Position numbers and translations under genes: made by a program. This document shows positions 1 to 10,208 of a stretch of DNA of 64,000 nucleotides, piece after piece. The stretch's first letter is position 1. The number at the start of each line of letters is the position of its first letter. Location: positions 97,979 to 161,978 of the forward strand of contig CAYTWT010000257.1 in NCBI GenBank assembly GCA_964442185.1, read 5' to 3'. The notes under the pieces are model-generated. The model had not been told where the DNA came from, searched no databases, and was given only the letters and a program-made list of their open reading frames with translations. Origin of the DNA: an uncultured Acidobacteriota bacterium. GTDB taxonomy: Bacteria; Acidobacteriota; Vicinamibacteria; Fen-336.

Positions 1-920
1 GTGGCTATCGCACCTTTGCGATCACGGAGAACCCCAACCTCGTCCCCGAGATGGGCTTTGCCCAGGGCTTCCGCCACTTCTCGGCCTTTCCCAAGGGCCT
101 GGACGCGGAGACGATTCTGAAGCGCCTCGACGAGCTCCGGCCCGAACTCCAGGCAAAGGGTCCGTATTTCCTCTACCTGCACTTCATGGACGTCCACGGG
201 CCCTATCGACCGCGCGCGCCCCTGTACGACGACACGCTCGTGGACGAGGCGGAGCGCAAGATCTCAGCCTACGACAGCGGCATCCACGCTCTCGACGAGC
301 GCCTGCGCCAGGCCTTCGCCGCGTGCGGCTGGCAAAAGGACACGCTGGTCCTCGTCACCGCGGATCACGGCGAGGAACTGGGGGATCGCGGCTCGTGGGG
401 TCACGGCGCGACGCTCTTCGGGGAGGTCTTGGACGTGCCGCTGCTCGTCTACCCACCGGGCGGCACGCCGGCCCGACGCAGTGCCGAGCGTGTCAGCCTC
501 ATCGACGTCCTCCCCACGCTGCGCGAAGTGGCCAGGCTTCCGCCGTCGGCGGCCGATCGGGGCCTGAGCCTGCTGCCGCTCATCGATGGCCGGCGCGCGG
601 CGCTCGCGCCGCGCATTCTCTTTGCCCACCTGTGGCGGGGCACGGCCCGAGACGGGAGCGAGCGGGCCCTCAAGGCCGCGATCCAGGGCGACTGGAAGTG
701 GATCGGCGGCGATGTCCAAGGCGCCCGACTCTTTCATCTGCCGGAGGATCCGAGGGAGCTCGTGAATCGCGCGCGCGACGAGCCCGACCGCGTGCTTAGC
801 CTACGGGATCACTATCGTGATTTCGAGGCTCGGAGTCGCAAGTACAGCAGCAAGGCCCGCGACACACCCCTCGACGCCGACGCCCTGGAGAGCCTGAAGG
901 CCCTCGGCTACGTGAACTAG
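1..920 (+). CDS. Sulfatase-family protein, C-terminal part; the 5' end lies upstream of the window
   Basis: ORF 51..920 has sulfatase-like motifs (YDSGIHALDERL, VLVTADHGEELGDRGSWGHG). The reading frame stays open back to position 3, so the gene is truncated by the window edge. Confidence 0.6.
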   Translation, partial: GYRTFAITENPNLVPEMGFAQGFRHFSAFPKGLDAETILKRLDELRPELQAKGPYFLYLHFMDVHGPYRPRAPLYDDTLVDEAERKISAYDSGIHALDERLRQAFAACGWQKDTLVLVTADHGEELGDRGSWGHGATLFGEVLDVPLLVYPPGGTPARRSAERVSLIDVLPTLREVARLPPSAADRGLSLLPLIDGRRAALAPRILFAHLWRGTARDGSERALKAAIQGDWKWIGGDVQGARLFHLPEDPRELVNRARDEPDRVLSLRDHYRDFEARSRKYSSKARDTPLDADALESLKALGYVN

Positions 921-935
921 GACCAAGTCCGGCGC

Positions 936-1667
936 TCAGTTGTTTTTTCGCGCGAGCGCGAAGAGGCTCGCACCGATCGGCAAGGACACGCCGCGACCGA
1001 TCAGCCAGGCCTCCAGCTCGAGCAGTGAGCGAAAGCCCCACTCCAGGGGCGCTGGCAGGAAGCCCAGATCCGAGCCGTGGCGGCCCAGTACGCGGTCGAG
1101 CGTGCGCCGCGCGAGGAGCAACGGAAACAAGAAGGTGTTGGCGTAGCTGGAGCGGAGCACCGTGAGGCCGGCGTGCGTGAGCAGCGCTTCGAGCTCACGC
1201 CGGGCGTAGCGATGACGGGAATGCACGGCCTCATCGTGGGCGCCCCAGAGCAGCTTGAGCGCCGGCACGCGAACCAGCAGCAGGCCATCCGGCCGGAGCA
1301 CGCGCGCCATCTCTCGCATGGCGCGGAGATCGTCGGTCACCCAGCTGTGATAGAGAACGTCGAAGGACGTGACGGCATCGACCGCGGCGCTCCTCACGGG
1401 CAACTCAAGAACGTTGCCTCGCACGGAGACCACACCGCGACTGCGGCAAAACCCGATCGCCTCCTCGGAGATGTCGACGCCGAAGGCCGAGCCGAGCCGG
1501 CCCAGGAGCTCGAGGTTCACGCCCGTACCGCAGCCGGCGTCAAGGAACGCGAGTTTGCCGCCCCGAAGCTCCGGAGCGAGAAACGCCAAGCTGATCGCGC
1601 GCATCCCCACGTACCACCAGTGGCGTTGCTCGGCCTCGTACATCCGGGCGTACTCGGCGCTGTTCAT
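936..1667 (-). CDS. Class I SAM-dependent methyltransferase
   Basis: FLDAGCGTG motif and a Rossmann MTase fold. I read an ATG at 1667-1665 overlapping the TGA of the upstream gene (ATGA). The ORF-track start at 1700 is an over-extension. Confidence 0.75.
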   Translation of the reverse strand: MNSAEYARMYEAEQRHWWYVGMRAISLAFLAPELRGGKLAFLDAGCGTGVNLELLGRLGSAFGVDISEEAIGFCRSRGVVSVRGNVLELPVRSAAVDAVTSFDVLYHSWVTDDLRAMREMARVLRPDGLLLVRVPALKLLWGAHDEAVHSRHRYARRELEALLTHAGLTVLRSSYANTFLFPLLLARRTLDRVLGRHGSDLGFLPAPLEWGFRSLLELEAWLIGRGVSLPIGASLFALARKNN

Positions 1668-3409
1668 CGCGAGCGCTCGAAGACGATGCGCTCGAGCCAC
1701 GCGGCCCCCGGCGCATCCGCCTCGAAACTCACTTCGTTCAGCTCGCGATGCCAGCGTTCTTGTGGAACCGTGATCCGCCGCTCGCCAAGGCGTTCGCCGA
1801 GCCGCACCGCTCCGACGCGGGTTCCGTTGACTGCGAGCCGGAGCGTGCCGTCCCCTCGAACGCGCAGCACCAGCGTCAGGCTCTCGGGCACGTCAAGGGG
1901 CGCAAACAAGCGCGCGTTACCGAGAACGGCGCGGCAGAGCGAGTCCTCGCAAGGCCGCGCCGAACTCCAGCCCTCGCCGAAGAGGCTTGGATCCGCGCGT
2001 GGGTCACCCGCGGCGATCACGCCGCCGAGGTTGTTCTGCCGGTAGAAGAGGTATTTGCCGACTGCCAGGTCGAAGCCGGCCACCGGGGCTTTGTGTTCGG
2101 CGGCGAAAACCCAGTTGGCGGGCCAGGCGAGCGGCGTGCCGACACTCTCGCTCAGGATGGCGGCGCCGTTCTCCGTGATCCGCGCGAAGCTCACGGTCTC
2201 GTCCTGCGGCAGCCGGCTGGCGCGGTACTGCGCCATCAGGAGCGTGTTCCACAGCACCAATAGCGCACCCGTGGCGGCGAGCACAGCGGCCGGCCGGCGC
2301 GCGGCGGCGCGCTCGAGGCCGGCTACCGCATGGGCGAGGCCCAGGGCGAGGATCGGCAGCAATGAATCGAAGCGGCGATTCGAGAAGGAACCGCCCGCCC
2401 ACCAGTCACCCGAACAGACGTTCACGTACCCCATGACCAGCACGGGCGCGAGCAGCGTGAAGCCCGTACGCGCGTCACGGCTCAAGAAGGCGAGGTAGCC
2501 GAGGAGCGCGCCCCACAGCACCGGCGTCCAGTAGAGCAGCCCGTGACGCGATGAAAACAGCGTCTGCAGCAGGTACGGATGGTCGAGCCGCAGGAAGTCG
2601 CGCCCGTGCGGCGGATCCGCGAGCAGATACTGGCCGAAGATCGCTTTCCACGCGAGCAACTGCGGGAAGGCGCCCAGCGCGAACGCGAGCAGCGTGAGGC
2701 TCAGGGCGCCCAGCATCCTGGCGCTCGAGCGTCGGCGCGCGGACAGCAGCGATAGGGCTGGAAGCAGGAGGAATACGGCGTTCTGCCAACGCACCGTGGC
2801 GGCCAGGCCGATCAGCCCGCCCAGCGCCACAGCACGGAGCAGGCTCATCTCTCGCCGCGCGGGCCACCAGAGCGCGAGGATCGCGGCGGCCAGAAAGAAG
2901 CTGCCCGGGTGGCTCATGACCGGCTCGCACACCGCATACCAGCAGAGGAAGGTCGCATAGAACGCGACCAGAATCGTGACGTCCGCGGCCGCAGGCGCGA
3001 CGACGTCTGCCAGCACCCCGCGCAGCAGGAGCAGGCCTGCCACGATGTAGGCAAGGCTCCCGAGACAGACGGCACGGATGTGCCAGGGCGAATAGCCGTC
3101 TAGGACGTCGCCCTGGGCGCGGGCGGCGAGGTCTCCGGCGGCGTAGAACGGCATCCACAGCAGCGCCGGGCCGACCGAGAAGATCGTCCGGCGGTGGCCG
3201 GTGACCGTCTTCACCAGCTTGTCGCCGCGGGTCAGGATCCCGAAGTGCTCGAACTCGTTCGCGAAATCGAGGTCATGATCGAAATACAGCGAGCGCAGGT
3301 GCGAGTAGTACTCCACGGCGTCGGCCGTGAGGCGCGGGACGGGAAGTGAGAGCTGGACCAAGAACGCTGGAAAGGCGAGCGCCAGGGCGAGCAGGAGAGA
3401 GCGTTTCAC
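1664..3409 (-). CDS. Polytopic membrane protein, GT-C-like paralog 1, with a C-terminal soluble domain
   Basis: The N-terminal ~400 aa carry many hydrophobic spans. The first loop has EYYSHLRSLYFDHDLDFANEFEHFG, shared with the ORFs at 4728 and 11332. The start is a GTG at 3409 overlapping the upstream TGA (GTGA). Confidence 0.7.
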   Translation of the reverse strand: MKRSLLLALALAFPAFLVQLSLPVPRLTADAVEYYSHLRSLYFDHDLDFANEFEHFGILTRGDKLVKTVTGHRRTIFSVGPALLWMPFYAAGDLAARAQGDVLDGYSPWHIRAVCLGSLAYIVAGLLLLRGVLADVVAPAAADVTILVAFYATFLCWYAVCEPVMSHPGSFFLAAAILALWWPARREMSLLRAVALGGLIGLAATVRWQNAVFLLLPALSLLSARRRSSARMLGALSLTLLAFALGAFPQLLAWKAIFGQYLLADPPHGRDFLRLDHPYLLQTLFSSRHGLLYWTPVLWGALLGYLAFLSRDARTGFTLLAPVLVMGYVNVCSGDWWAGGSFSNRRFDSLLPILALGLAHAVAGLERAAARRPAAVLAATGALLVLWNTLLMAQYRASRLPQDETVSFARITENGAAILSESVGTPLAWPANWVFAAEHKAPVAGFDLAVGKYLFYRQNNLGGVIAAGDPRADPSLFGEGWSSARPCEDSLCRAVLGNARLFAPLDVPESLTLVLRVRGDGTLRLAVNGTRVGAVRLGERLGERRITVPQERWHRELNEVSFEADAPGAAWLERIVFERSR

Positions 3410-4737
3410 CGACTGGCGGACGCCGGGCCACTCGCGGCGGCCGCCAGTCGCGCCGCCTCCTTGCCCAGGCTGAAGGAGCCGCTGATGGTGCGGTCGTGGG
3501 GATGGAGCTGGCAGGAGTCGGTGAGAAACAGGTTCGGCACGGGCGTCGCGATCGTCGGCGTCGACGTACGGTAGTCCGTCCGGCAGATCGGCTGGGCGAA
3601 GCGATCTCGGAACACGGCTGAGAACTTGACCCAGCTGCGGTCGAAGCCGGGATGGATGACCGCGAGGGCATCGCAGTACTTGCGCAGCACTTCCTCGTCG
3701 TCCTGGTTGTAGCGGGGGTCGTCGGCCGAGAGGTACTGGGGCACGTAGAGGATCCGATCCCCGCCCAGCTCCGGCAGCGGGTTGAGGTTCGTGTACTCGA
3801 TCATCCCGGCGAAAGGCACGCGGCGATCGCTCGTGTTCACCCAGAAGTAGGGCGTGACGCTCTCGCGCAGTCGCAGGAACAGGCAGAAGATCCCGATCGT
3901 CGGGATCCTGCGAAGGCCGTCGAGGTAGGCCCCCTCCGGGAAATCCGGCGCGAGCTTCTCAAAACGCGACGTCGTGATCGTGGAGACGACCACGTCGGCG
4001 GGGAGCGTCTCGCCCCCGACCCGTACGCCGCTCACGCGTCCCGCCCCGAGCAGGATGCGCTCGACGTCGGCCTTCATCCGAATTCGGCCGCCGCGCTTTT
4101 CGAAGTCGAGGCCGAGGCCGTCGAGGACCCGTTGTGAGCCGCCTTCGATGTAGCCGAGCTCCTCGCGCCAGGGCGATTTCCGGGAGCGTGAGAGTCGGAC
4201 CATGCGCGCCCAGATCCAGGCGGCCGAGATCTCCTCGGCGTGCTCCGAGAACTTGAAGCGCAGCAGCGGCTCCCAGATCACCCGATAGGCCGGCTCGCCG
4301 AACATCGCCTTCAGCCATTCGACCGCCTGGCGCGACGCCAGATTCTCTTCTCGCTTCCACTGCGCCAGCTTCACGGCGATGCCCGCCCGCAGCCGGTCGT
4401 GAAAGGCGAGCGGCGCGAACTGGAGCAGCTCGAGCGGCGTCAAGAACGGGTACAGCGTCCCATTCACGAAATACGCCATCCGCGAGTCCTTCCAGTGGAG
4501 CCTGCTCGAAAGGCCTATCTCCGCGACCGTCTCGACCAGATCGTCGTCGCCGCGGCAGATGAAATGGTAGTAGCGTTCGAGGCTGACGCCTTGCACGTCG
4601 AAGGAACTGGCGAGACCGCCAAGAACCGGCGCCGACTCCAGCAGCGTCACGTCCAGGCCCGCCTTCACGAGGCTGTGCGCGGCCTTGATGCCCGCCGGCC
4701 CCCCGCCGATGACCACGGCCTTCCGCCTCAAGCCCAT
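3406..4737 (-). CDS. FAD/NAD(P)-binding oxidoreductase, amine-oxidase/PPO-like fold
   Basis: N-terminal VVIGGGPAGIKAA...LESAPVLGG dinucleotide-binding motif. 443 aa. Confidence 0.7.
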   Translation of the reverse strand: MGLRRKAVVIGGGPAGIKAAHSLVKAGLDVTLLESAPVLGGLASSFDVQGVSLERYYHFICRGDDDLVETVAEIGLSSRLHWKDSRMAYFVNGTLYPFLTPLELLQFAPLAFHDRLRAGIAVKLAQWKREENLASRQAVEWLKAMFGEPAYRVIWEPLLRFKFSEHAEEISAAWIWARMVRLSRSRKSPWREELGYIEGGSQRVLDGLGLDFEKRGGRIRMKADVERILLGAGRVSGVRVGGETLPADVVVSTITTSRFEKLAPDFPEGAYLDGLRRIPTIGIFCLFLRLRESVTPYFWVNTSDRRVPFAGMIEYTNLNPLPELGGDRILYVPQYLSADDPRYNQDDEEVLRKYCDALAVIHPGFDRSWVKFSAVFRDRFAQPICRTDYRTSTPTIATPVPNLFLTDSCQLHPHDRTISGSFSLGKEAARLAAAASGPASASR

Positions 4738-6716
4738 CGCCTCGGGTTGGGGCTTGTTCGGACGAAGCTCACGGCGTCGACACGGACGTCCGTGGCGTCC
4801 TGGGTCACGAAGGCGATCTCGTTGACCTCACGCCGCCAGAACGACGCCGGGACAGCCACGCGCTCTTCGCCCCAGCCGCTTCCAACCCACATTTCTCCAG
4901 CCGCGCGCCCGTTGACCAGCACGCGCAGCCGTCGCGGCTCCGGCGCGTTCACGCGCAGCTGCAGCTCGAGGTCTTCGGGCACGTCCAGACTCGCAAACAG
5001 GCGGGCGCGCTGCTTGATGCGCCGCGCCGCGACACCGCTGTAGTCCTCGATGCCGCCCCAGCCTTCCGCAAGCAGTGCCTCGTCTCCCGCGCTGCCGATC
5101 TCGACACGCCCGCCGAGATTGTTCTGCATGTAGAAGAGGTAGCGGCCAACGACCAGGTCGTACTGGCCCGGTCGGCCGTGGCGGGCCGCAAAGAACCAAC
5201 TCGCTGGCCAGGTGGTCGGAAAACCGACCCGGTCGCTCACGATCTGAGCTGCGTTCCGCGCGAGGGTTGGGAAGGCCACGGTGTCGTCGGCGGGGATCCA
5301 GTTGAGGCGCAGTTGCTCGGCGAGCGCCAGGTTCCAGGCGCAGAACGGCACGGCCATCGCAAGCGTCGCCAGGCGCGGGCGGCGCGCCAGGCAGCGGCGC
5401 AGCGCGTCGATCGAGGCCGCGAAGCCGAAGGCGAACACCGGCAGCAGACTGTCGAAGCGTCGGTTCGAGAAGGAAGCCCCACCCCAGTAGTCGGCAACAC
5501 TCATGTTGAGCCACGTCATCAAGACCAGTGGCGGAAGAAAGGCGAGCGCCATCGCCGCTCGACGCTGCGCGAGCGGGAGCATGCCGACAAAGCCCAGCCA
5601 GAAGACGGGCGTCCACGACAGCAGCCCGTGGCGGGATGAAAACAGCGTTTCGAGCACGAACGGATGATGCAGCCGCACGAAGCCGGGCCCCTCGGGCGGA
5701 TAGGGCACCCAGTGGTCGTAGATCGCCTTCCACGCGAGCAGCTGTGGGAACGCGCCGATCAGGGCGCCTGCGCCCAATGCCAGGGCATGCGGAATCAGGG
5801 CAAGCACGCCTCGCGGAGCGTAGCGGGAGCGCAGGGCGAGATCGAGCGCCGGCAGCAGCAGCAGGGTCCCGTTCTGCCAACGCACGCTCATGGCCAGGCC
5901 CAGGACCAGGCCGAGCGCCAGGAAGGCGAATGGCCCGCTGCGCCCGCGGCCCCGCTCCCACAGCGTGATGGCAAGCGCCGCGAAGAAGGCCGCCGCCGCA
6001 TGTGAATAGGTCGGTTGAAAAACCATGTACCAGTAGTGGAACGTCGCGAAGTAGACGAGCAGCACGGCGGCGAGCGCCGTGCCCGCGGGGAAATGCCGCA
6101 GCAGCAGGGCGTGGATCAGGACCACGGCGAAGAATCCGTACAGCAGGCTGCCGAGCGCCACGGCATTGCGGTGGTAGGGGCCGTAACCCGAGAGGTCGGG
6201 ATCGCCGCCGAGCGCGCGGTCCACGCGGCCGACCAGTTCTCCCACTCCGAAGAACGGGCCCCACACCAGCGCGGGCCCGACCGAATAGATGGTCCGGCGC
6301 AAGCCGGTCTTCGTGGGCATCTGCAGGTCACCCCGCGAAAGCAGGCCGAAGTGCTCGTATTCGTTGGTGAGATCGAAGTCGCCGTCCTTCCAGAGCGAAT
6401 GGACGAACAGGTAGTAGCTGAGCCCGTCGCCGTCGATCCTCCCGCCCGCGACCTGGAAGTGGACGAGGCTCGGCAACAGCAGCAGGCAGAGGGCCAAAAC
6501 GCCGCCGCTCAGGCGCTCGGCCCTGGGCTGCAGACTCCGGAAGCGAAGCACGAAGAGCACCCCGACGAGCGCAGCTCGCACCGCGAAGCCCAGCGCGCTC
6601 ACCGGCGACAGCCCGAAGGGCGCCAGAAGCGAAAGCTCTCCCGTGATCACGATCAGCGCGAGATCAGCCACAAGCAGAGCGAGCGCGGCGCCCGTGAGGC
6701 GACGCAGAATCATCAC
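4728..6716 (-). CDS. Polytopic membrane protein, GT-C-like paralog 2, with a C-terminal soluble domain
   Basis: DGLSYYLFVHSLWKDGDFDLTNEYEHFG loop motif. The C-terminal domain aligns with paralog 1 (YLFYxQNNLGG...RLFAxLDVPE). GTG/ATG start overlaps the upstream stop. Confidence 0.7.
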   Translation of the reverse strand: MMILRRLTGAALALLVADLALIVITGELSLLAPFGLSPVSALGFAVRAALVGVLFVLRFRSLQPRAERLSGGVLALCLLLLPSLVHFQVAGGRIDGDGLSYYLFVHSLWKDGDFDLTNEYEHFGLLSRGDLQMPTKTGLRRTIYSVGPALVWGPFFGVGELVGRVDRALGGDPDLSGYGPYHRNAVALGSLLYGFFAVVLIHALLLRHFPAGTALAAVLLVYFATFHYWYMVFQPTYSHAAAAFFAALAITLWERGRGRSGPFAFLALGLVLGLAMSVRWQNGTLLLLPALDLALRSRYAPRGVLALIPHALALGAGALIGAFPQLLAWKAIYDHWVPYPPEGPGFVRLHHPFVLETLFSSRHGLLSWTPVFWLGFVGMLPLAQRRAAMALAFLPPLVLMTWLNMSVADYWGGASFSNRRFDSLLPVFAFGFAASIDALRRCLARRPRLATLAMAVPFCAWNLALAEQLRLNWIPADDTVAFPTLARNAAQIVSDRVGFPTTWPASWFFAARHGRPGQYDLVVGRYLFYMQNNLGGRVEIGSAGDEALLAEGWGGIEDYSGVAARRIKQRARLFASLDVPEDLELQLRVNAPEPRRLRVLVNGRAAGEMWVGSGWGEERVAVPASFWRREVNEIAFVTQDATDVRVDAVSFVRTSPNPRRWA

Positions 6717-7909
6717 GCGAGCAGCTCTTCGTAGAGCGTGATGGTGCGGCGCGCGAGCGCCGACCAGGCGAACTGCGCCAGCGCGCGCTTTCGACCGGCC
6801 ACGCCGAGCCGCCGGCGCAGGGCGGCGCTCGGGATCAGCTCCGCGAGTGCTGTGGCCAGGCCTTCGATGTCCCCCGGGGCGACGAGCCGGCCCGTGGACT
6901 CGTCCACCTTGTCCGGGATGCCGCCGGCGCGTGTCGCCACGACCGGCAGCCCGTGAGCCATGGCTTCCAGCGTCACCAGGCTCGAACCTTCGTAGTGCGT
7001 CGCGTGGACGAAGATGTCGGCGCGTTCATAGAGAGCGTGCAGCAGACTCTCGCTCGTGCGTCCTGCAAGGAGCAGGTGCCGCGCGACGCCGTGGCGCCGC
7101 TGTTTCAAGAGCGAAGCGGCGTAGCGGCCGTCGCCGACCACGACCCAGGCCCAATTGGGCGGCAGGCTGCCGCGGGCCTCGAGCGCCTCGAGCGCCAGGA
7201 GCGTGTCGCCAAAGCCTTTGTAGGCCTCGATCCTTCCCACCGAGAGGAACACCGGATCGGCCGTCTTGAGCGAAGGCAGCGCCTGGCGGGCGATCCGCTT
7301 CCAGTCGGGCGGGGTCGCCTCGCGGATCTCAGCGGCGTCGATGCCGTTCTCGAGTACGACCACCTTGTCCTCGCTGACGCCGAGATAGCGGGGCACGTCC
7401 CCGCGCGTGGCTTCGTCGGTCGCGATCACCCGGTCCGAGAGGCGCGCCGCTTCGCGGGACAATGCGCGTAGCCGGGACAACGCGAGGCCCTTCACGCCCG
7501 TCGCCTTGTGCTCCTCCATGCCTTGCGGGTTCATCACGAGTGGGGCTCGCAGCCCGGCGTCTTTCGCCCTCAAGCGGCCGTAGCCGAGGGCCGCCACGCC
7601 TTGCGCATGCACGATGTCGATGGCCCCCGCCTTCACCCGCTCCGCCACGGCCGCGCCCAGGCGCACGGCGAAGCGGGGATAGTTGAGGGTGCGATCGAGC
7701 ACACGGCCATGAGCGCCGGCTGGCACGCCGCCATAGGGGACGAAGACGACCTCGCCCGGGAAGGCGCCCTGCCGCGTCGCCGGCCGCGTGAAGAGCGTCA
7801 CCTCGACGCCGGCCTTGCGCAGGTGCTTCGCGAGGTGATAGATGGCACGCTCGAGCCCGCCGGGCTCGTGGAGCGGGTGTGCCGCGCGCGTGAGCAGGGC
7901 AACCTTCAC
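6713..7909 (-). CDS. Glycosyltransferase family 4
   Basis: GT-B/GT4 signatures (KVALLTRAAHPLHEPGGLERAIYHLAK...; C-terminal E-x7-E region). The first 260 aa of the ORF-track protein are Arg/Gly-rich artefact. The true GTG at 7909-7907 overlaps TGA 7908-7906 (checked base by base). Confidence 0.75.
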   Translation of the reverse strand: MKVALLTRAAHPLHEPGGLERAIYHLAKHLRKAGVEVTLFTRPATRQGAFPGEVVFVPYGGVPAGAHGRVLDRTLNYPRFAVRLGAAVAERVKAGAIDIVHAQGVAALGYGRLRAKDAGLRAPLVMNPQGMEEHKATGVKGLALSRLRALSREAARLSDRVIATDEATRGDVPRYLGVSEDKVVVLENGIDAAEIREATPPDWKRIARQALPSLKTADPVFLSVGRIEAYKGFGDTLLALEALEARGSLPPNWAWVVVGDGRYAASLLKQRRHGVARHLLLAGRTSESLLHALYERADIFVHATHYEGSSLVTLEAMAHGLPVVATRAGGIPDKVDESTGRLVAPGDIEGLATALAELIPSAALRRRLGVAGRKRALAQFAWSALARRTITLYEELLA

Positions 7910-9072
7910 GGCTGGAGCCTCTTGTACACGGCCTCGTAGCGCGGCACCAGCGCCTCCGGGGAAAAAATCCGGGCCCGCGCCCGTGCGCCCTCTGCGATGC
8001 GCCGGCGTAATGCTTCGTCGCCGACCAGCCGAGCCACCGCGTCCCCAAGCGATGCGGCGTCGGGCACCACGAGCCCGCTCTCGCCGTCGACGAGGATCTC
8101 GCGCGTACCGCCCGTTTCCATGGCGGCGACGGGGGTGCCCAGGGCCAGCGCCTCGAGTAGCACCCGCGACAGGGGTTCGGGCCAGAGCGAGGGGAACACC
8201 AGAACGCTGGCGCGGGCGAGCGAGCGGAGCACGTCGTCGCGCTGCGCCCAGCCGCGCATCACGAGCGGAACGCCGCGTAAGGCAGCCTCGGATTCTACAT
8301 CGTGGGCCAGCGACCCCTCGCCCAGGATGACGAGCGGCAGGCCGGTCTTGGCGGCGGCCACGGCGGGAACGAGGAGTCGGGCTCCCTTGTTTTCCTCGAG
8401 CTTGCCGATGAAGAGCAAGAAGCGCTCCGGCAGCGGAACCGCCGGCGGCGGCTCCGCCAAGGCCCGGGCTTCCTCCGCATCCACCACGTTTGGGATGACC
8501 TCCACGCGCGGGATACCCGCACCGCGTAGCTCCGCGCCCACCGCTTCGCTGACGGCGAGGGTCGCTCCTGCGCGGCCGAGAGCCGAGCGTTTGGCCCGGA
8601 GATCCCACTGCATGTAGGGGATCGCCCCCCACGAGAACGGGGCCGGCGCGTTCACGTGGCCCTGCACGCAGCGTGTCATCGGCTCCAGGCCACAAGCCAG
8701 GCAGAGCGTCCCGCGCGACAACCGCGTCGACCAGAAGCAGACAGGCCAGTGATCCCGCACGGTGACCGCGACCCGGCGCGCGCGCTGGCCACGGAGCGCG
8801 CCGAGCGCCGACAGCGAGTGCTGCGCGTGGATCACGGCGGCCTCCTCGCGGGCGAGATGGGCGTCGAAGGCGCCGGGCAGCGTGAAGCGCTTGCGACCCG
8901 GCGCGACGAGCCGCGTGACCCGCAAGCCGTCGATGTCCTCAGGGCCCGGGCTCGTGGTGACGACGGACACCTCATGGCCTGCGGCCCGCAGCCCGAGCGC
9001 CAACGCCCGGGACGACCAGCCAGCGCCCCCCGCGCGGGGCGGGAAGACCTCGCTCACGAAGACGAGTCTCAC
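7906..9072 (-). CDS. Glycosyltransferase family 4
   Basis: VRLVFVSEVFPPRAGGAGWSSRALALGL N-terminus and a GT4 C-terminal domain. GTG at 9072-9070 overlaps TGA 9071-9069 (verified). Confidence 0.75.
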   Translation of the reverse strand: MRLVFVSEVFPPRAGGAGWSSRALALGLRAAGHEVSVVTTSPGPEDIDGLRVTRLVAPGRKRFTLPGAFDAHLAREEAAVIHAQHSLSALGALRGQRARRVAVTVRDHWPVCFWSTRLSRGTLCLACGLEPMTRCVQGHVNAPAPFSWGAIPYMQWDLRAKRSALGRAGATLAVSEAVGAELRGAGIPRVEVIPNVVDAEEARALAEPPPAVPLPERFLLFIGKLEENKGARLLVPAVAAAKTGLPLVILGEGSLAHDVESEAALRGVPLVMRGWAQRDDVLRSLARASVLVFPSLWPEPLSRVLLEALALGTPVAAMETGGTREILVDGESGLVVPDAASLGDAVARLVGDEALRRRIAEGARARARIFSPEALVPRYEAVYKRLQP

Positions 9073-10208
9073 GCCGCGATCCTCTCCAGCACCTTCTCGA
9101 GCTGCTCGCAGTGTCGTGCCCACGAGTAGTGCGCGACGACCCGTACGCGCGCCGCGCTGCCAAGGCGGGCACGTAAACCCACATCGTCCGCGAGGCGTTC
9201 GATCTGTCGAGCCAGGTCGACGGGATCGGCCTCGCGGAACATGAGCCCTTCCTCGCCGTCGCGCACGATCTGGGTGAGCGGAAAGCGCGGGATCGTAAGC
9301 GTGGGCAAGGCGCTCGCCATGTACTCGAAGATCTTGAGTGGTGACCAGTAGAAGCCAAGCGAAAGCTGTCGCTGGCGCGCCGTATCGTAAGGCGCTATGC
9401 CGAGGTCGCCCGCGGCGACGATCTCGGGCATGCGCTCGTAGGGCTGGGTGCCGAGCCGCAGCCCGCGATAGCCAACGCCAGGGCCGCGTGTCTCGCCCCC
9501 GACCAGAACGAAAAAGATGTCCGCCCGACTGGCGAGCCGCGCCGCAGCCGCTTCGAAAACGTGCACGCCATGCCAGGGGCGGAAGCTGCCACTGAAGAGA
9601 ACGACGACAGCGGCCTCCGGGATTCCAAGCGAGCGGCGCGTTTCGAGGCGGCGGCGGCTGGGGGCAAAGGCCGCGACGTTGGCGCCCCAGGTGACGGTGA
9701 TGGTTTTCTCACGGGCGAAGGCGGGCACGATCTCGGGGATCGGCGCTACGAGCGCCCGGGCCTCGCGGCACAGCCGCTCGCGGTAGCGTCGTAGCGGCCG
9801 CACCAGCATGGCCGCGTCGAGGACGGCCTTGAATGAGCCCGCGTGATCTACGATCGGCGAGTTCACCTCGAGCAGCGCGGGGATCCCCCTGCGAGTCGCG
9901 ACGGTGATGCCTTCTCCCCCAAAATTGTAGTAGCGCTCCATCAGGACATCGGGCGCGACTGCGCGCGCGAGCTGGTCCACCGCGAGCGCTGCCCGGAAGC
10001 GAAAGAAGCGATGCGGCGGCGTCCAACCGACCCGATGCCAAAACACGCCCCCGTCCTGTTCCTGGGCCTTGGCGCTCGGCGTCTGTCTTATCACGGCGTG
10101 GACCTCGTGGCCGCGGGCTGCAAGCCCGCGGGCCACCTCGAGAACGTGGACGCTCCCGCCGGTGGTTCCCGGGACGACCTGGTCGGAGGCTACGTAGAGG
10201 ATCTTCAA
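9069..10208 (-). CDS. Glycosyltransferase family 4
   Basis: MKILYVASDQVVPGTTGGSVHVLEVARGLAARGHEV and a GT4 C-terminus. Start overlaps the upstream stop (ATGA). Confidence 0.8.
   Translation of the reverse strand: MKILYVASDQVVPGTTGGSVHVLEVARGLAARGHEVHAVIRQTPSAKAQEQDGGVFWHRVGWTPPHRFFRFRAALAVDQLARAVAPDVLMERYYNFGGEGITVATRRGIPALLEVNSPIVDHAGSFKAVLDAAMLVRPLRRYRERLCREARALVAPIPEIVPAFAREKTITVTWGANVAAFAPSRRRLETRRSLGIPEAAVVVLFSGSFRPWHGVHVFEAAAARLASRADIFFVLVGGETRGPGVGYRGLRLGTQPYERMPEIVAAGDLGIAPYDTARQRQLSLGFYWSPLKIFEYMASALPTLTIPRFPLTQIVRDGEEGLMFREADPVDLARQIERLADDVGLRARLGSAARVRVVAHYSWARHCEQLEKVLERIAA

Noticed and set aside
6713-8695. ORF-track protein of 660 aa. Similar long N-terminal extensions occur in the ORFs 21479..23998, 23182..25086, 24231..25811, 34675..36207 and 38441..40468.
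   Set aside because: The N-terminal hundreds of residues are RG/RP-rich and lie over the upstream gene. The recognisable domain begins exactly at a GTG/TTG/ATG that overlaps the upstream stop codon, so the long forms are frame read-through artefacts and not fusions.
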